A stretch of 38,885 nucleotides of DNA from a virus. A program made the position numbers and the translations under genes. This document shows, in pieces, positions 1 to 8,776 of the stretch (positions are counted from its first letter, which is position 1; every line of letters begins with the position of its first letter). Under the pieces are notes generated by a model. The model had not been told where the DNA came from and made no database searches. It saw only the letters and a list, made by a program, of their open reading frames with translations. Where the stretch lies: IMG/VR virus record IMGVR_UViG_3300033144_001637, positions 1-38,885 of that record; one strand, written 5' to 3'.

Positions 1-57
1 GATAGGAGCTTTGTAGGTCAAATAAAGGCAAAGGCCTATCGAGAGCTTAACACGCTT
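1..57. repeat. Terminal direct repeat, identical to 38829..38885 (overlap of a circular or terminally redundant genome)
   Basis: Bases 1-57 (GATAGGAGCTTTGTAGGTCAAATAAAGGCAAAGGCCTATCGAGAGCTTAACACGCTT) recur exactly as the last 57 bases of the window. Confidence 0.95.
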
Positions 58-267
58 ATGCAGGGCATAGGTCCTGGCCTGTGGCTATCTGTTCCGAGAA
101 TAATGATCTTCGCAAAACAGCTTGGAGCGAACCTTCAGGACATTTTAACCCTGGAAAGATACAAGACGAGACGAGGGTTGAAGGGAGTCGAGGGTCTTAA
201 ACGACAATTAACCCCACAAGTAGTTAGACAGCTTACGAGAGAGAAAAAGAAAAAGAGGGCAAGATAA
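1..267 (+). CDS. C-terminal end of the large internal virion/ejection protein that starts at 35382 (the ORF wraps the contig junction)
   Basis: Frame 1 is open from base 1 (DRSFVGQIKAKAYRELNTL, then MQGIG...KKKKRAR, stop at 265-267). The 35382 ORF reaches 38885 in the same frame as the repeat, so track ORF 58..267 is not an independent gene. Confidence 0.8.
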   Translation, partial: DRSFVGQIKAKAYRELNTLMQGIGPGLWLSVPRIMIFAKQLGANLQDILTLERYKTRRGLKGVEGLKRQLTPQVVRQLTREKKKKRAR

Positions 268-1059
268 ATGTCTATCACTTCAGAGACGATAAGAAATGAT
301 TACACAGGAGATGGGGGTACAGATACCTTTGCCTTCGAGTTCATTATATATGACCAGGACGAGATCGATGTTTATGTGGATGGAGTGATCCAGACCGTAG
401 ACATCCATTACACTATAGCCGCCACAGACATTGAAGATCCGACCGGGGGGAATATCGTCTTTGGGGTCTCGTATGTACCGGCGAATTTGTCAGAGGTCTC
501 TATTGTTAGCAGCGCACCTTACAAGCAGTCAACCGTATTGGCCTTGAGGGATCAGACCTATGAAGACACCTATGATAAGGCCGTTATCCTAATTAAACAA
601 CTCAAGGAACTGATCGGGCGTTGTATTCAGCTTTCCGTGGATTCAACCTATTCCGGCTTGACCCTGCCGGAACCAAGGTCAGAATACTATCTCAGGTGGA
701 AAGATGATTTGTCAGGGCTGGAGAACATTAGCCATCCGAGTGACAGGTTTAGCCTGCCGAGGGTCAGCGTTACACTGGACGCTGCCGGTGAGATCACGGT
801 TACAGGTGGTCCGGCCCATTATGTTGTAAGCACTTACGGAGGGGCTACGAGTGATGATTTGGTGAAAGTTAACGGATTAGACGAGGGCGACGTATTCCGC
901 ATATCAGCCGCAAGCAATACCGTCGTGGTCAAGAATGGCTCTTTCTTCGATACTGCCGGTGGAATAGATTGCACTTTGAATGATACGAAATATAGGATGT
1001 TCTTTACTATGGGGGTTGGCAATGTCGCTGAAGAAGATTCGAGGTCAGCTAATGCTTAA
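268..1059 (+). CDS. Tail fibre / fibre-anchor protein
   Basis: N-terminal Y-TGDGGTDTFAFEF...VYVDGV motif typical of phage tail-fibre N-terminal domains. It sits directly after the ejection proteins and before the fibre genes. The ATG abuts the upstream stop. Confidence 0.5.
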   Translation: MSITSETIRNDYTGDGGTDTFAFEFIIYDQDEIDVYVDGVIQTVDIHYTIAATDIEDPTGGNIVFGVSYVPANLSEVSIVSSAPYKQSTVLALRDQTYEDTYDKAVILIKQLKELIGRCIQLSVDSTYSGLTLPEPRSEYYLRWKDDLSGLENISHPSDRFSLPRVSVTLDAAGEITVTGGPAHYVVSTYGGATSDDLVKVNGLDEGDVFRISAASNTVVVKNGSFFDTAGGIDCTLNDTKYRMFFTMGVGNVAEEDSRSANA

Positions 1060-2347
1060 AAAGATATTATTAACGGTATTTATGATTACCTTGTTTTCCT
1101 GGGGCAACGCCTATCCTTCCGGTAATCCTGGGGATTATATTCAGGTTGGTGACGGATATTTAGGGACTGCGGCCACCCTTAACAAGGCTGACGTTGTAGC
1201 CAGCAATAATGATCTCCCCACCGGCGCGGCTATTATTGCCTGGGGTGGAGGCGGCGGAGGCACAGGGTATTGGACGCAAGACGGATCAGACATCTATTAT
1301 ACTACTGGAAATGTTTCGATCGGGACTAATACGGCTACTCAACTATTTCATACTTATGTTGCCGCCGCCGGGATATACAACTTGATTGAGTCAGGTGGAG
1401 CCTATTATGCTGGATTAATACTTGAGAACACTTCCAACACAGCATATATTCAAAATACCGGGGCCGGGGTTTTCAATATTGTAACTGGAGGGGCTGAGAG
1501 GTTAACCATAGCTTCCGGCGGAAACGTAGGTATAGGAGCTATTGTTGCCGGGACTAAACTTGAAGTGGATGGTGTCATAACGGCGACCGATGGGACCTCG
1601 ACCAATTGGAATACTGCTTACACAGATCGTCTTAAATGGGATGGTGGGGCGGATAGCCTTGTATCTGCAACGGCCATAACTTCCCTTGGATTAGATGGAA
1701 CGGCCAGCGGAACCACATCAGGGGCTTACTTGGTCGGGGTGTTCGATGAGTTCACCTTCTCCAGTTCCAGCACGGTCCAAGAAGTGCTTGCAGACCTTGA
1801 TTACGCTATCTCAACTCCAACCGAGGTTTCCGATGTTAGAATGGGGAGGGCAAGGTTCAATAGCACGACTGGCGTAACCGTACCCTTCAGCCTTCCCGCC
1901 CTCGGCAACGCCGACTATGATGTTGTCATATCTAATTACACTCAAGCGGTTAATGTCGGAGAAATCAGCATTGAAAGCAAAACGGTAAACGGATTTGTTT
2001 TAAAGAATAGTGGTTCGGATGATACTCATTTCTTTGAATACTTTGCTATTCCTTACGCCTTTAAGGGTGAAACCATGCAGGAGGGTACGGACACTTTCAA
2101 TAGCACAACGGGTGTTTCGGTAGCCATGGCCCCTAATCAGGCCGACACCGATTACAGTGTTATTATTGCCGTTCCGGCCCAAACTGATATTGAGGATATC
2201 GGGGTGGTTAGCATAGAGACGAAGGCTATAGGGTCTTTCGTGGTTAAGAACTCAGGAGATGATACTGTTACAGACTTTAAATGGATGGTGATCCCTTATA
2301 CCGTTGCTGCCGACACGGATCAGCAAGGGACTGATAATTTAAAGTAA
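1052..2347 (+). CDS. Tail fibre protein with a hydrophobic signal-like N-terminus and two tandem C-terminal beta-sandwich-like repeats
   Basis: I prefer the ATG at 1052 (MLKKILLTVFMITLFSWGNAYPSG), which overlaps the upstream stop by 8 nt, over the track start at 980. It has a G-rich linker (GGGGGGTG) and the fibre motifs WTQDGSDIYYTTGNVSIGT and NWNTAYTDRLKWDGGA. The C-terminus is duplicated (FNSTTGVTVPF...GFVLKNSG and FNSTTGVSVAM...SFVVKNSG). Confidence 0.6.
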   Translation: MLKKILLTVFMITLFSWGNAYPSGNPGDYIQVGDGYLGTAATLNKADVVASNNDLPTGAAIIAWGGGGGGTGYWTQDGSDIYYTTGNVSIGTNTATQLFHTYVAAAGIYNLIESGGAYYAGLILENTSNTAYIQNTGAGVFNIVTGGAERLTIASGGNVGIGAIVAGTKLEVDGVITATDGTSTNWNTAYTDRLKWDGGADSLVSATAITSLGLDGTASGTTSGAYLVGVFDEFTFSSSSTVQEVLADLDYAISTPTEVSDVRMGRARFNSTTGVTVPFSLPALGNADYDVVISNYTQAVNVGEISIESKTVNGFVLKNSGSDDTHFFEYFAIPYAFKGETMQEGTDTFNSTTGVSVAMAPNQADTDYSVIIAVPAQTDIEDIGVVSIETKAIGSFVVKNSGDDTVTDFKWMVIPYTVAADTDQQGTDNLK

Positions 2348-2415
2348 AAAACAGTGGCTCCGGGACAAGCGTCTTCGCGTGGAGAGTTTTCCCTGGCACT
2401 CCTGGAGACGCTGAT

Positions 2416-4722
2416 ATGTATCGGGCCACTTATGATGCTGACTATAATGGAATGATTGACATAGAAGCTGGAGGGTTCAATGAAAACATATCAGGCTTGA
2501 CAGGCCTTCTCAAGGTAACTGCGGGGGCTCCATCGGCCATTACAGATAGCTCTTCTAATTGGGACGATGCTTACACAGAACGCTTGAGATGGGATGGCGG
2601 TGCGACTGATTTAGTGGCTGCAACCGGACGGACAAGTTTAGGTTTGGGATCTGCGGCCCTACGCGACGCTGAGGATGTCTTAACAGACGGATCGAACTTA
2701 CCGGACGGAGCAGCAATTAAAACCTACGGAGATGCTAATTGGGGGGCAGGGTTATGGACTGCTTCTGGATCTGATATTTATTTTGACACTGGCAAGGTGG
2801 CCGTTGGTCATTCATCTTTTGCCAATGATTATAAATTTCATGTTACCACAACGGCCACAGATAGCCATTCGGCGGCTTTAAGGGTGGTCCATAGTGGAAT
2901 TACTGCCGGAACCGCATGGGGCGGATATTTCGCGTCCACTGGTGCTGGGTTGTCTAATGTTGCCCTATATGCCACGGCCACAGGTAGTACATATAACTAC
3001 GCTGCGATATTCGCAGCCGGGAATGTTGGGATCGGGGACACCACTCCTGATACAGCCTTGGACGTGGTTGGAACCGTGACAGCGACGGCTTTTGCGGGAC
3101 CTTTGACCGGAGCAGTTACGGGGAACGTGACCGGAAACCTAACGGGTAATGTAACGGGAAACCTAACCGGAGTCGCGTCCACGGCTACGGCCTTGGCTAA
3201 TGCCAGGGATATTGGAGGGGTTTCGTTTAATGGAACCGCAAACATCGTCCCGGAAACAAATGCGATCATAGATGAAAGTGGAGACACCTCTTGCTACCTT
3301 ACTTATGTGAGTTCTGCTACAGGAGCCTTGCAACTTAAAACGGGTACTAATCTTACCTTCAATTCGAGTTCGGGAGTTTTAACGGCTACCGGATTTTCAG
3401 GGCCTTTAACTGGCAACGCCACAACGGCGAGTCATGCATCTGATCTTAACCTGCCAGGAATAGAAGCACAAGGGGATATTGCGTACTATAACGGTTCTAA
3501 TTGGGCCAGGTTGCCACAGTCTACAAGTGGGTATGTCCTAACAACTAAAGGACCTGGAGCTAATCCTATATGGGCTGCCGGTGGTGGTGGGTCTGGAGAC
3601 ATTACAGGTGTTATAGCTGGATCAGGCTTGACAGGGGGTGGACTTTCAGGTGACGTGACCCTAAATGTAGGAGGGAGTTCAACGATCACCGTGGCGGCTA
3701 ACAGTCTCAGTGTCGCCACTTCTTCTATTGGGAGTACGCAACTGGCTTCAACTGCCGTGACACCTGGGAGCTATACCTCAACCAATTTAACCGTGGATGC
3801 TGATGGTAGGATCACGGCGGCCTCCAGCGGTTCGGGGGGGAGTGGAACGGGGTACACTCTCATTTACAATGCAGATAATTATTCGACCGGACATGGTACG
3901 CAAGCCGCAGTTCAAGCAGCCATAAATGCTGCCGATGATGCTAATCAGGGGGGAACGGTTTACTTGAGTAAAGGGGTTTGGACATTTACTTCCGGCGTAA
4001 CCGTGAATGATGTTAGAATACACATCCAGGGGGCAGGGAAAGGGGCCACTGAAATAGCCCTTACTGGCGGGACTAAGGGGATAACCTTTACGGGGACCTC
4101 CTATTATTGCGGGGTCCACGACCTTAGCTTTAGGTCCACGTCTTCAAGGATGGCCATTTACTTAACTAATGGGGGCGCAGGGAATTACAGCAACTTCACG
4201 GACCTCCATTTTGGGGAAGGGATATCCTATGGAATTAGGATAGGTTATCTTTGTGGGTGGGGGTTGGCAAGCAATATCTCATCAACGGCGGCAACAAGTA
4301 TGCAAGCCATTATCCATTTTGACACCGGGGCTGCTTCATGGGCTCAAAATCCGACCGGGTGGGTAATCAACAATGTGAACGGTGACACAAGAAGGGCCGG
4401 GATACTAATGACCGGGAACTCTTTTGGGGATGCTGTCTTTAGCAACTTAAATATCCATATTGCTTCTGGAGCGTCTTCTGTGTGCGGGGTTGAAATGGTT
4501 GGTGGAGGGGCTTATTCTTCAAACATAACGATAATGAATATTCACCTTGACGGCATGGGAACAGGGGTCTTGGGCGCAGGAGAAGCCACAATTAAGGCAA
4601 CAAATTGCAATAAAATAACAGCCCTTGGAATTGCCAAGGGAGGATATGTTACTAACTATGTAGACTTTTCAGGATCGTCTTCATATTATTACATTTATAC
4701 TGGCGGCGTAGGGTCAGGATGA
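2416..4722 (+). CDS. Tailspike / tail fibre with a C-terminal right-handed beta-helix (pectate-lyase-like depolymerase) domain
   Basis: Fibre motifs NWDDAYTERLRWDGGA and WTASGSDIYFDTGKVAVG. A TGNV/TGNL tetrapeptide repeat. The C-terminal part (GGTVYLSKGVWTFTSGVTVNDVRIHIQGAGKGATEI, repeated G-rich strands) is typical of the pectate-lyase-3 / tailspike fold. GGAGA lies 7 nt upstream of the ATG. The ORF ends in a TGA-TAA double stop. Confidence 0.65.
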   Translation: MYRATYDADYNGMIDIEAGGFNENISGLTGLLKVTAGAPSAITDSSSNWDDAYTERLRWDGGATDLVAATGRTSLGLGSAALRDAEDVLTDGSNLPDGAAIKTYGDANWGAGLWTASGSDIYFDTGKVAVGHSSFANDYKFHVTTTATDSHSAALRVVHSGITAGTAWGGYFASTGAGLSNVALYATATGSTYNYAAIFAAGNVGIGDTTPDTALDVVGTVTATAFAGPLTGAVTGNVTGNLTGNVTGNLTGVASTATALANARDIGGVSFNGTANIVPETNAIIDESGDTSCYLTYVSSATGALQLKTGTNLTFNSSSGVLTATGFSGPLTGNATTASHASDLNLPGIEAQGDIAYYNGSNWARLPQSTSGYVLTTKGPGANPIWAAGGGGSGDITGVIAGSGLTGGGLSGDVTLNVGGSSTITVAANSLSVATSSIGSTQLASTAVTPGSYTSTNLTVDADGRITAASSGSGGSGTGYTLIYNADNYSTGHGTQAAVQAAINAADDANQGGTVYLSKGVWTFTSGVTVNDVRIHIQGAGKGATEIALTGGTKGITFTGTSYYCGVHDLSFRSTSSRMAIYLTNGGAGNYSNFTDLHFGEGISYGIRIGYLCGWGLASNISSTAATSMQAIIHFDTGAASWAQNPTGWVINNVNGDTRRAGILMTGNSFGDAVFSNLNIHIASGASSVCGVEMVGGGAYSSNITIMNIHLDGMGTGVLGAGEATIKATNCNKITALGIAKGGYVTNYVDFSGSSSYYYIYTGGVGSG

Positions 4723-4755
4723 TAATGCCAATGTCTAACCTAAAGGAGAAGTAAA

Positions 4756-6111
4756 ATGAAAAAGCTATTTTTAACATTACTTGTTAGCATCTGTCTTATG
4801 GCTTCGCCTGTCTTTGGTGCGGCCATAACGGACAAGTCCATCGGTGGGCTTATCGTGGTCCTGGAGGCTGGGGCCACCACTGAGATGCTTGTCGGTGGGG
4901 GCGGGGCCGGGAATATTCCTGTCTGGACTACGGTTACTGGAACGGGTGCGCCTGTTCTGGCAACTACTCCAACGCTGGTTACTCCTGTACTTGGAGCCGC
5001 AACGGGAACGAGCCTTGATATGTCTGGGACCATAAGTGGAAATCTTTTTACGCCTGATGCTGCGGATGGGGCCGATATCGGATCTGCTGCCCTGGAGTTT
5101 TCTGATATTTATCTTGCTGATGGTTCAATCATTAAGTTCCAGAACGATCAGAGTGTTACGCTAACAAGTAGTGCTACTGGATTGACCGGCAATCTTGATC
5201 TCCAAGGAAAGACCGTAACCGCTGAAGACTCTTTTAACCCGGATGCGGCCAATAGCGCAACGCTGGGAACTGTGGACCTTGAGTTTTCTGATTTATTCCT
5301 TGCTGCGGGTGGTATCATTTACGGTGAAGCCGATCAGGGTAATACCTTGACAAGTTCCGCTACTGAATGGACGGCGAATCTTGGGTTAACAGCTTTGGGT
5401 AACATTAACGCCGGGGCTGACGATGATATAGCGCATATTTATATTCATCATGCTGGGACACTGGTTTTTAATGATGCGTCAGACGATACGACCGTTACGC
5501 TTGGTCCTGTTGGGGATGGAACGACGAATCTTGGAATCACTGGCGGGTTGACTATTTCGGCGGCAAGCTCACTAACCGCTGGAGATTTCACATTAACTAA
5601 TGGTAATCTTGTGATCGGCACATCCGGCAAGGGGATTGATTTTTCGGCTACGGGTGATAGTGGTGGTATGACAAACGAATTATTGGATGATTACGAGGAA
5701 GGAACGTGGACTCCAGTATATACACCCCAAACTGGATCGTTTACAACAATGACAATGGAGGTTCTGACTGCGAAATATATCAAAATCGGAAGGCGTGTCT
5801 GGTTGATAGTGAACATTCAAACAGATAGTGTTGATGCGACTGGAGCATCCGGTGATCTCTTTATTAGTGGACTACCATTCACGGTAGCTAACCAATCGGG
5901 TAGCGGGTCGGTGACTGTTAATTACGCAAATTCCTGGGCTGGCGATCATCCGTTAAATGGCACTATGACTGATAATAGCACAAGTTTAAAGCTTAGATAT
6001 AGGACCTCCACTCCTGGTTCAGATCTTGATCTTGATGTTTCTGATTTGACAGCCGGGGTAACAGCTAACCAAAATAGAGTAATGATTATGGGGACATATA
6101 CAACCGAATAA
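4756..6111 (+). CDS. Tail fibre protein with a signal-peptide-like N-terminus and internal repeats
   Basis: The N-terminus is MKKLFLTLLVSICLMASPVFGAA. Internal repeats are GSAALEFSDIYLADGSIIKFQNDQSVTLTSSATGLTGNL and GTVDLEFSDLFLAAGGIIYGEADQGNTLTSSATEWTANL. The C-terminal tip has the DDYEEGTWTP motif common in fibre tip domains. AAGGAG SD. Confidence 0.6.
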   Translation: MKKLFLTLLVSICLMASPVFGAAITDKSIGGLIVVLEAGATTEMLVGGGGAGNIPVWTTVTGTGAPVLATTPTLVTPVLGAATGTSLDMSGTISGNLFTPDAADGADIGSAALEFSDIYLADGSIIKFQNDQSVTLTSSATGLTGNLDLQGKTVTAEDSFNPDAANSATLGTVDLEFSDLFLAAGGIIYGEADQGNTLTSSATEWTANLGLTALGNINAGADDDIAHIYIHHAGTLVFNDASDDTTVTLGPVGDGTTNLGITGGLTISAASSLTAGDFTLTNGNLVIGTSGKGIDFSATGDSGGMTNELLDDYEEGTWTPVYTPQTGSFTTMTMEVLTAKYIKIGRRVWLIVNIQTDSVDATGASGDLFISGLPFTVANQSGSGSVTVNYANSWAGDHPLNGTMTDNSTSLKLRYRTSTPGSDLDLDVSDLTAGVTANQNRVMIMGTYTTE

Positions 6112-6123
6112 AAGGAGGTTATT

Positions 6124-6675
6124 ATGAAAAAATTATTTACGTTTGCATTTGGAATCTCTTTCGTTTGCTATTTTCTTTGTGGATATGGAATTGCAGGAGG
6201 TCTTACAAAAGATACTGTGATTGATCGCATAGAGGTTATTGATAATGGTTGTGTTCAAGTCCGTGAAGCCATTCAGATAGCGGAAGACGGTAAGATTATT
6301 GGACAAGAATTTCACCGCTACGTTGTGGCTCCTGGGGATGATTATTCAAAACGAGATGCAAAAGTGAAAGCTATTTGTGCAACAATCCATACTCAAGCGG
6401 TAATTGATGCTTTCATTAAAGCCAACGAGTTAGCCCTGAATCCGCCTGAGCCAGTCAACCATCCGGGGCTGTCAAAAGAGATAGTAATTAGCAAAATCTA
6501 TATTCTTAGAGATGAAACTGTTATTCCGATTCAAACTGTTAAAATATATGAAAATAGTAAAATGGTTGGTGCGTCTATTAAAACTTTAGCGAAAATTAAG
6601 CCTGGGGATGATTATTCAATGTCCAACAAACGAGTTAGGGATATTTGTGATACGTTGAAAATCTTGAAGGAGTAA
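6124..6675 (+). CDS. Secreted/periplasmic protein with an internal duplication, adjacent to the fibre genes
   Basis: The signal-like N-terminus is MKKLFTFAFGISFVCYFLCGYGIAGG. There are two homologous halves ending in PGDDYSKRDAKVKAICATIH and PGDDYSMSNKRVRDICDTLK. AAGGAGG SD. Confidence 0.55.
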   Translation: MKKLFTFAFGISFVCYFLCGYGIAGGLTKDTVIDRIEVIDNGCVQVREAIQIAEDGKIIGQEFHRYVVAPGDDYSKRDAKVKAICATIHTQAVIDAFIKANELALNPPEPVNHPGLSKEIVISKIYILRDETVIPIQTVKIYENSKMVGASIKTLAKIKPGDDYSMSNKRVRDICDTLKILKE

Positions 6676-6690
6676 AAAGGCGGAATAATC

Positions 6691-7062
6691 ATGGCTAAAT
6701 GCCCAGACCCGAAATGCCACGAAGAGATGCAACTGAAGTTGAAGGGTAAAGTTAAGTATGACGACTTCAACTCATTGAAGAGATGTGTCGGCCACAAGGT
6801 TAGCAAGAAAGTGGTCTGGGTGGTCTTTGTAGTTGTTGTCCTACCGTTGTTAGTTACAGGGATTAAGGTTTGGTCTGGGCAGGAAGCTGATCCCTTGAGG
6901 TACGCTACCAAGGATGAATTGGCTACTTGCAATAAAGACGTTGTTGAAACCAAGATCCTCATAAGGCAGCTTAAAGAAGACATGAGGGAGGTAAAGCGGG
7001 GGCAGGAGATCCAAGTGAAGGACACTAAGGAGATCTTAAGATACCTCCGGGACAGCCGCTAA
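6691..7062 (+). CDS. Single-pass membrane protein with a coiled-coil C-terminal half
   Basis: It has an N-terminal CPDPKC...H cysteine cluster, the TM segment VVWVVFVVVVLPLLVTGIKVW, then a charged helical tail. It is the last gene of the plus-strand block. Confidence 0.45.
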   Translation: MAKCPDPKCHEEMQLKLKGKVKYDDFNSLKRCVGHKVSKKVVWVVFVVVVLPLLVTGIKVWSGQEADPLRYATKDELATCNKDVVETKILIRQLKEDMREVKRGQEIQVKDTKEILRYLRDSR

Positions 7063-7063
7063 T

Positions 7064-7312
7064 CTATTTCCCCTGGATTACAACCTCGCCGTCCCCGGCG
7101 TACACGGTCCCCCGTTCTATCATGATCCTGGGGGTGTTCCGGTATCTCTCCCGGAACTCCTGGGCGACCTTGGCCTCTATTACCGCCTCTATACTATCGT
7201 TTTGCATAGTCTGATTGTGGCAGAGTATGACAACCCCTAAGATCATTAAAGCTAAGACGCTGAAAGCTATTATTTCACGGTGTAGTAGGTCGAACATCTT
7301 TAATCCTCCCAA
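7064..7312 (-). CDS. Small membrane protein (hypothetical)
   Basis: ORF with one TM segment (IIAFSVLALMILGVVILC). It is the last gene of the minus-strand early operon. The start is uncertain (MGGLK or MFDLL). Confidence 0.4.
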   Translation of the reverse strand: MGGLKMFDLLHREIIAFSVLALMILGVVILCHNQTMQNDSIEAVIEAKVAQEFRERYRNTPRIMIERGTVYAGDGEVVIQGK

Positions 7313-7482
7313 AATCCCTTTTGCCTGGTGGGCTTATTGCTCAACCATGACACACTAAAGGTTTTGATCTGTTTCTGTTCAACGTCGTCCAGGGCAGCTT
7401 TAACTGCGTCCCTGAGTTCATCCTCGTCCTCAAGCTCATCGATAAACTTTTGATCGTCTTGATACGTCGTTATTCGGTACAC
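7300..7482 (-). CDS. Small acidic hypothetical protein
   Basis: 60-codon ORF with a GTG start, acidic and helical (DELEDEDELRDAVKAALDD). It overlaps the upstream ORF by 47 nt, so the pair could be one frameshifted gene. Confidence 0.3.
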   Translation of the reverse strand: MYRITTYQDDQKFIDELEDEDELRDAVKAALDDVEQKQIKTFSVSWLSNKPTRQKGFWED

Positions 7483-7633
7483 TTGTCTCCCCTTCCAGCC
7501 ACTCCCAAAGATCCTCTCCGAGGCACTTCCTCATATTCTCGGCCTGCTGCTGAGGCCCCCATTCGTCCCATGGACGGCGGGGGGTTGTGCGTTCGGGGTA
7601 ATCTTCAGGAGTGGCTATAGGCTTAAAAGGCAT
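7436..7633 (-). CDS. Small hypothetical protein
   Basis: 65-codon ORF starting 3 nt after the RecT-like stop. No recognisable motif. Confidence 0.35.
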   Translation of the reverse strand: MPFKPIATPEDYPERTTPRRPWDEWGPQQQAENMRKCLGEDLWEWLEGETSVPNNDVSRRSKVYR

Positions 7634-7636
7634 TGT

Positions 7637-8776
7637 TTACGCTCCTGGGATCTCGGCCTTCACAATGGACAATATCATGGCTTCCTGGTCAGGATCTTCC
7701 GGGACATCGTTGGCCGACTCGTAACCATTAGCCCCCAAAGTGTTGAAGTAGACGACTTCATTCTTATCGTGGAGAGCCTTCATTTCGTCCAGAAAGTTCT
7801 TCCGGCGCGTCCATGGCGGGAGAGTCTTAGGGATGAAAGAAGATTGCTCCCCTTCCCCCTGATCTTCGAGGGGCGGCTCCGGCGGTCGGCCCTCTTCCTT
7901 ATCTTCAGGCGGAACGATAAGCCCGTTGAAGGATTCGTCCGGGAAGGTATTGTTCCACTTCAGCCGGAGATAGTCCTGGTCCTTAGCCTCCCATCCCCGG
8001 ATTGCCACAATATTCTCCAACACTAAGGCTCGGAAGATCCCCTTGTTCTTATCTGAGGTATTTGGCCTCATTGCCTTTAGTTCGTCGAAGAGGGTAACTT
8101 CTTCAGGTGGCGCATCGTCAGCCCGATCCTTAATCCAAGTTTCGGCGGCTACCTTGAAAGCAACTTGATCCTTCATGACCTCGGCTTCAACTTTGTCCAC
8201 TGACAGCCCATTAGCCTTTGCGGTCTCTTTAACGAATTTCTCCACCATGTTAGGCGGTAGGCCCATTCCCTTGACGGCGGAGATAAAGACCGTGTGCTGG
8301 TTAGCTTCGTCATTCTCGGTGGGTATCTTTGCTGGAATGTCCCCCTGAGGCTTACCTTCGTCCGGTTTCTCGTAAGCACCTGTAGCGTCCGGGTACATAT
8401 CAATCGCGTCCATATTGTCCTCAGACAACCTCATTCCCTTGAGGACATCCCCGAACTCATCACGAAGCGGGAAGTTCCGACATTTGAATTGCATCATGCG
8501 CCTGGTGTACTTGGCCCATGGACTCGGAGGGGATATCTTGTCAAACCCGGCGCGGATCGTATCCTGCCAGGACCAGGTTCCCTTTCTCTCGTCAGGCATA
8601 CCCTTGCGCTTCATGAGGCAATGGAAGGTCCAGTCGTCCGTGTAGGGTGTTCCCTCTTCCCATTCCTTGAACTTCTCCAGGAGCCCGGAAGCCCTAACTA
8701 TTGCCAGGGCTGCGTCCCCAAAGATCCCCGCCTTCCCGTTGATTACGGCAATGTCCAGGGACAATCCCCTTTTCAA
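7637..8776 (-). CDS. recT: RecT/Red-beta-family single-strand annealing protein with a long acidic/proline-rich C-terminal extension
   Basis: IAVINGKAGIFGDAALAIVRASG and SPWAKYTRRMMQFKCRNFPLRDEFG resemble the RecT/Red-beta core (G..G...rsG, then PW....M..K). It is partnered with a PD-(D/E)XK exonuclease in the same operon. The only in-frame start is a TTG with no SD. A good SD and ATG lie at 8825 in another frame (see findings). Confidence 0.55.
   Translation of the reverse strand: MKRGLSLDIAVINGKAGIFGDAALAIVRASGLLEKFKEWEEGTPYTDDWTFHCLMKRKGMPDERKGTWSWQDTIRAGFDKISPPSPWAKYTRRMMQFKCRNFPLRDEFGDVLKGMRLSEDNMDAIDMYPDATGAYEKPDEGKPQGDIPAKIPTENDEANQHTVFISAVKGMGLPPNMVEKFVKETAKANGLSVDKVEAEVMKDQVAFKVAAETWIKDRADDAPPEEVTLFDELKAMRPNTSDKNKGIFRALVLENIVAIRGWEAKDQDYLRLKWNNTFPDESFNGLIVPPEDKEEGRPPEPPLEDQGEGEQSSFIPKTLPPWTRRKNFLDEMKALHDKNEVVYFNTLGANGYESANDVPEDPDQEAMILSIVKAEIPGA

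Noticed and set aside
58-267. A 69-aa ORF listed as an independent gene at the window start.
   Set aside because: Frame 1 is open from base 1, and the sequence is the in-frame continuation of the 35382 ORF across the 57-bp terminal repeat. It is the C-terminus of that protein, not a separate gene.
2352-2365. The 12-mer AGTGGCTCCGGG shared with 16873..16884, considered as a possible late-promoter motif.
   Set aside because: Dozens of 12-mer coincidences are expected by chance in a 39-kb genome, and there is no further flanking similarity.
2997-4119. Antisense ORFs inside the tailspike gene (2997..3287, 3486..3719, 3787..4119).
   Set aside because: They are entirely embedded opposite a strongly supported fibre/tailspike ORF. 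Their translations are P/V/A/T-rich mirror images of the G/T/A-rich sense codons and repeats, and they have no SD.
4740-5033. Antisense 97-aa ORF at the start of the 4756 fibre gene, together with the short sense-strand alternate frames 4844..5035 and 5448..5630.
   Set aside because: They overlap a well-supported gene, have low-complexity translations and no start context.
7300-7633. The two small ORFs with a 47-nt overlap, considered as a programmed frameshift gene.
   Set aside because: No slippery heptamer or motif supports a fusion. The downstream ORF has a GTG preceded by GGGGAGA, so independent initiation is equally plausible. The evidence is too weak to report as a finding.
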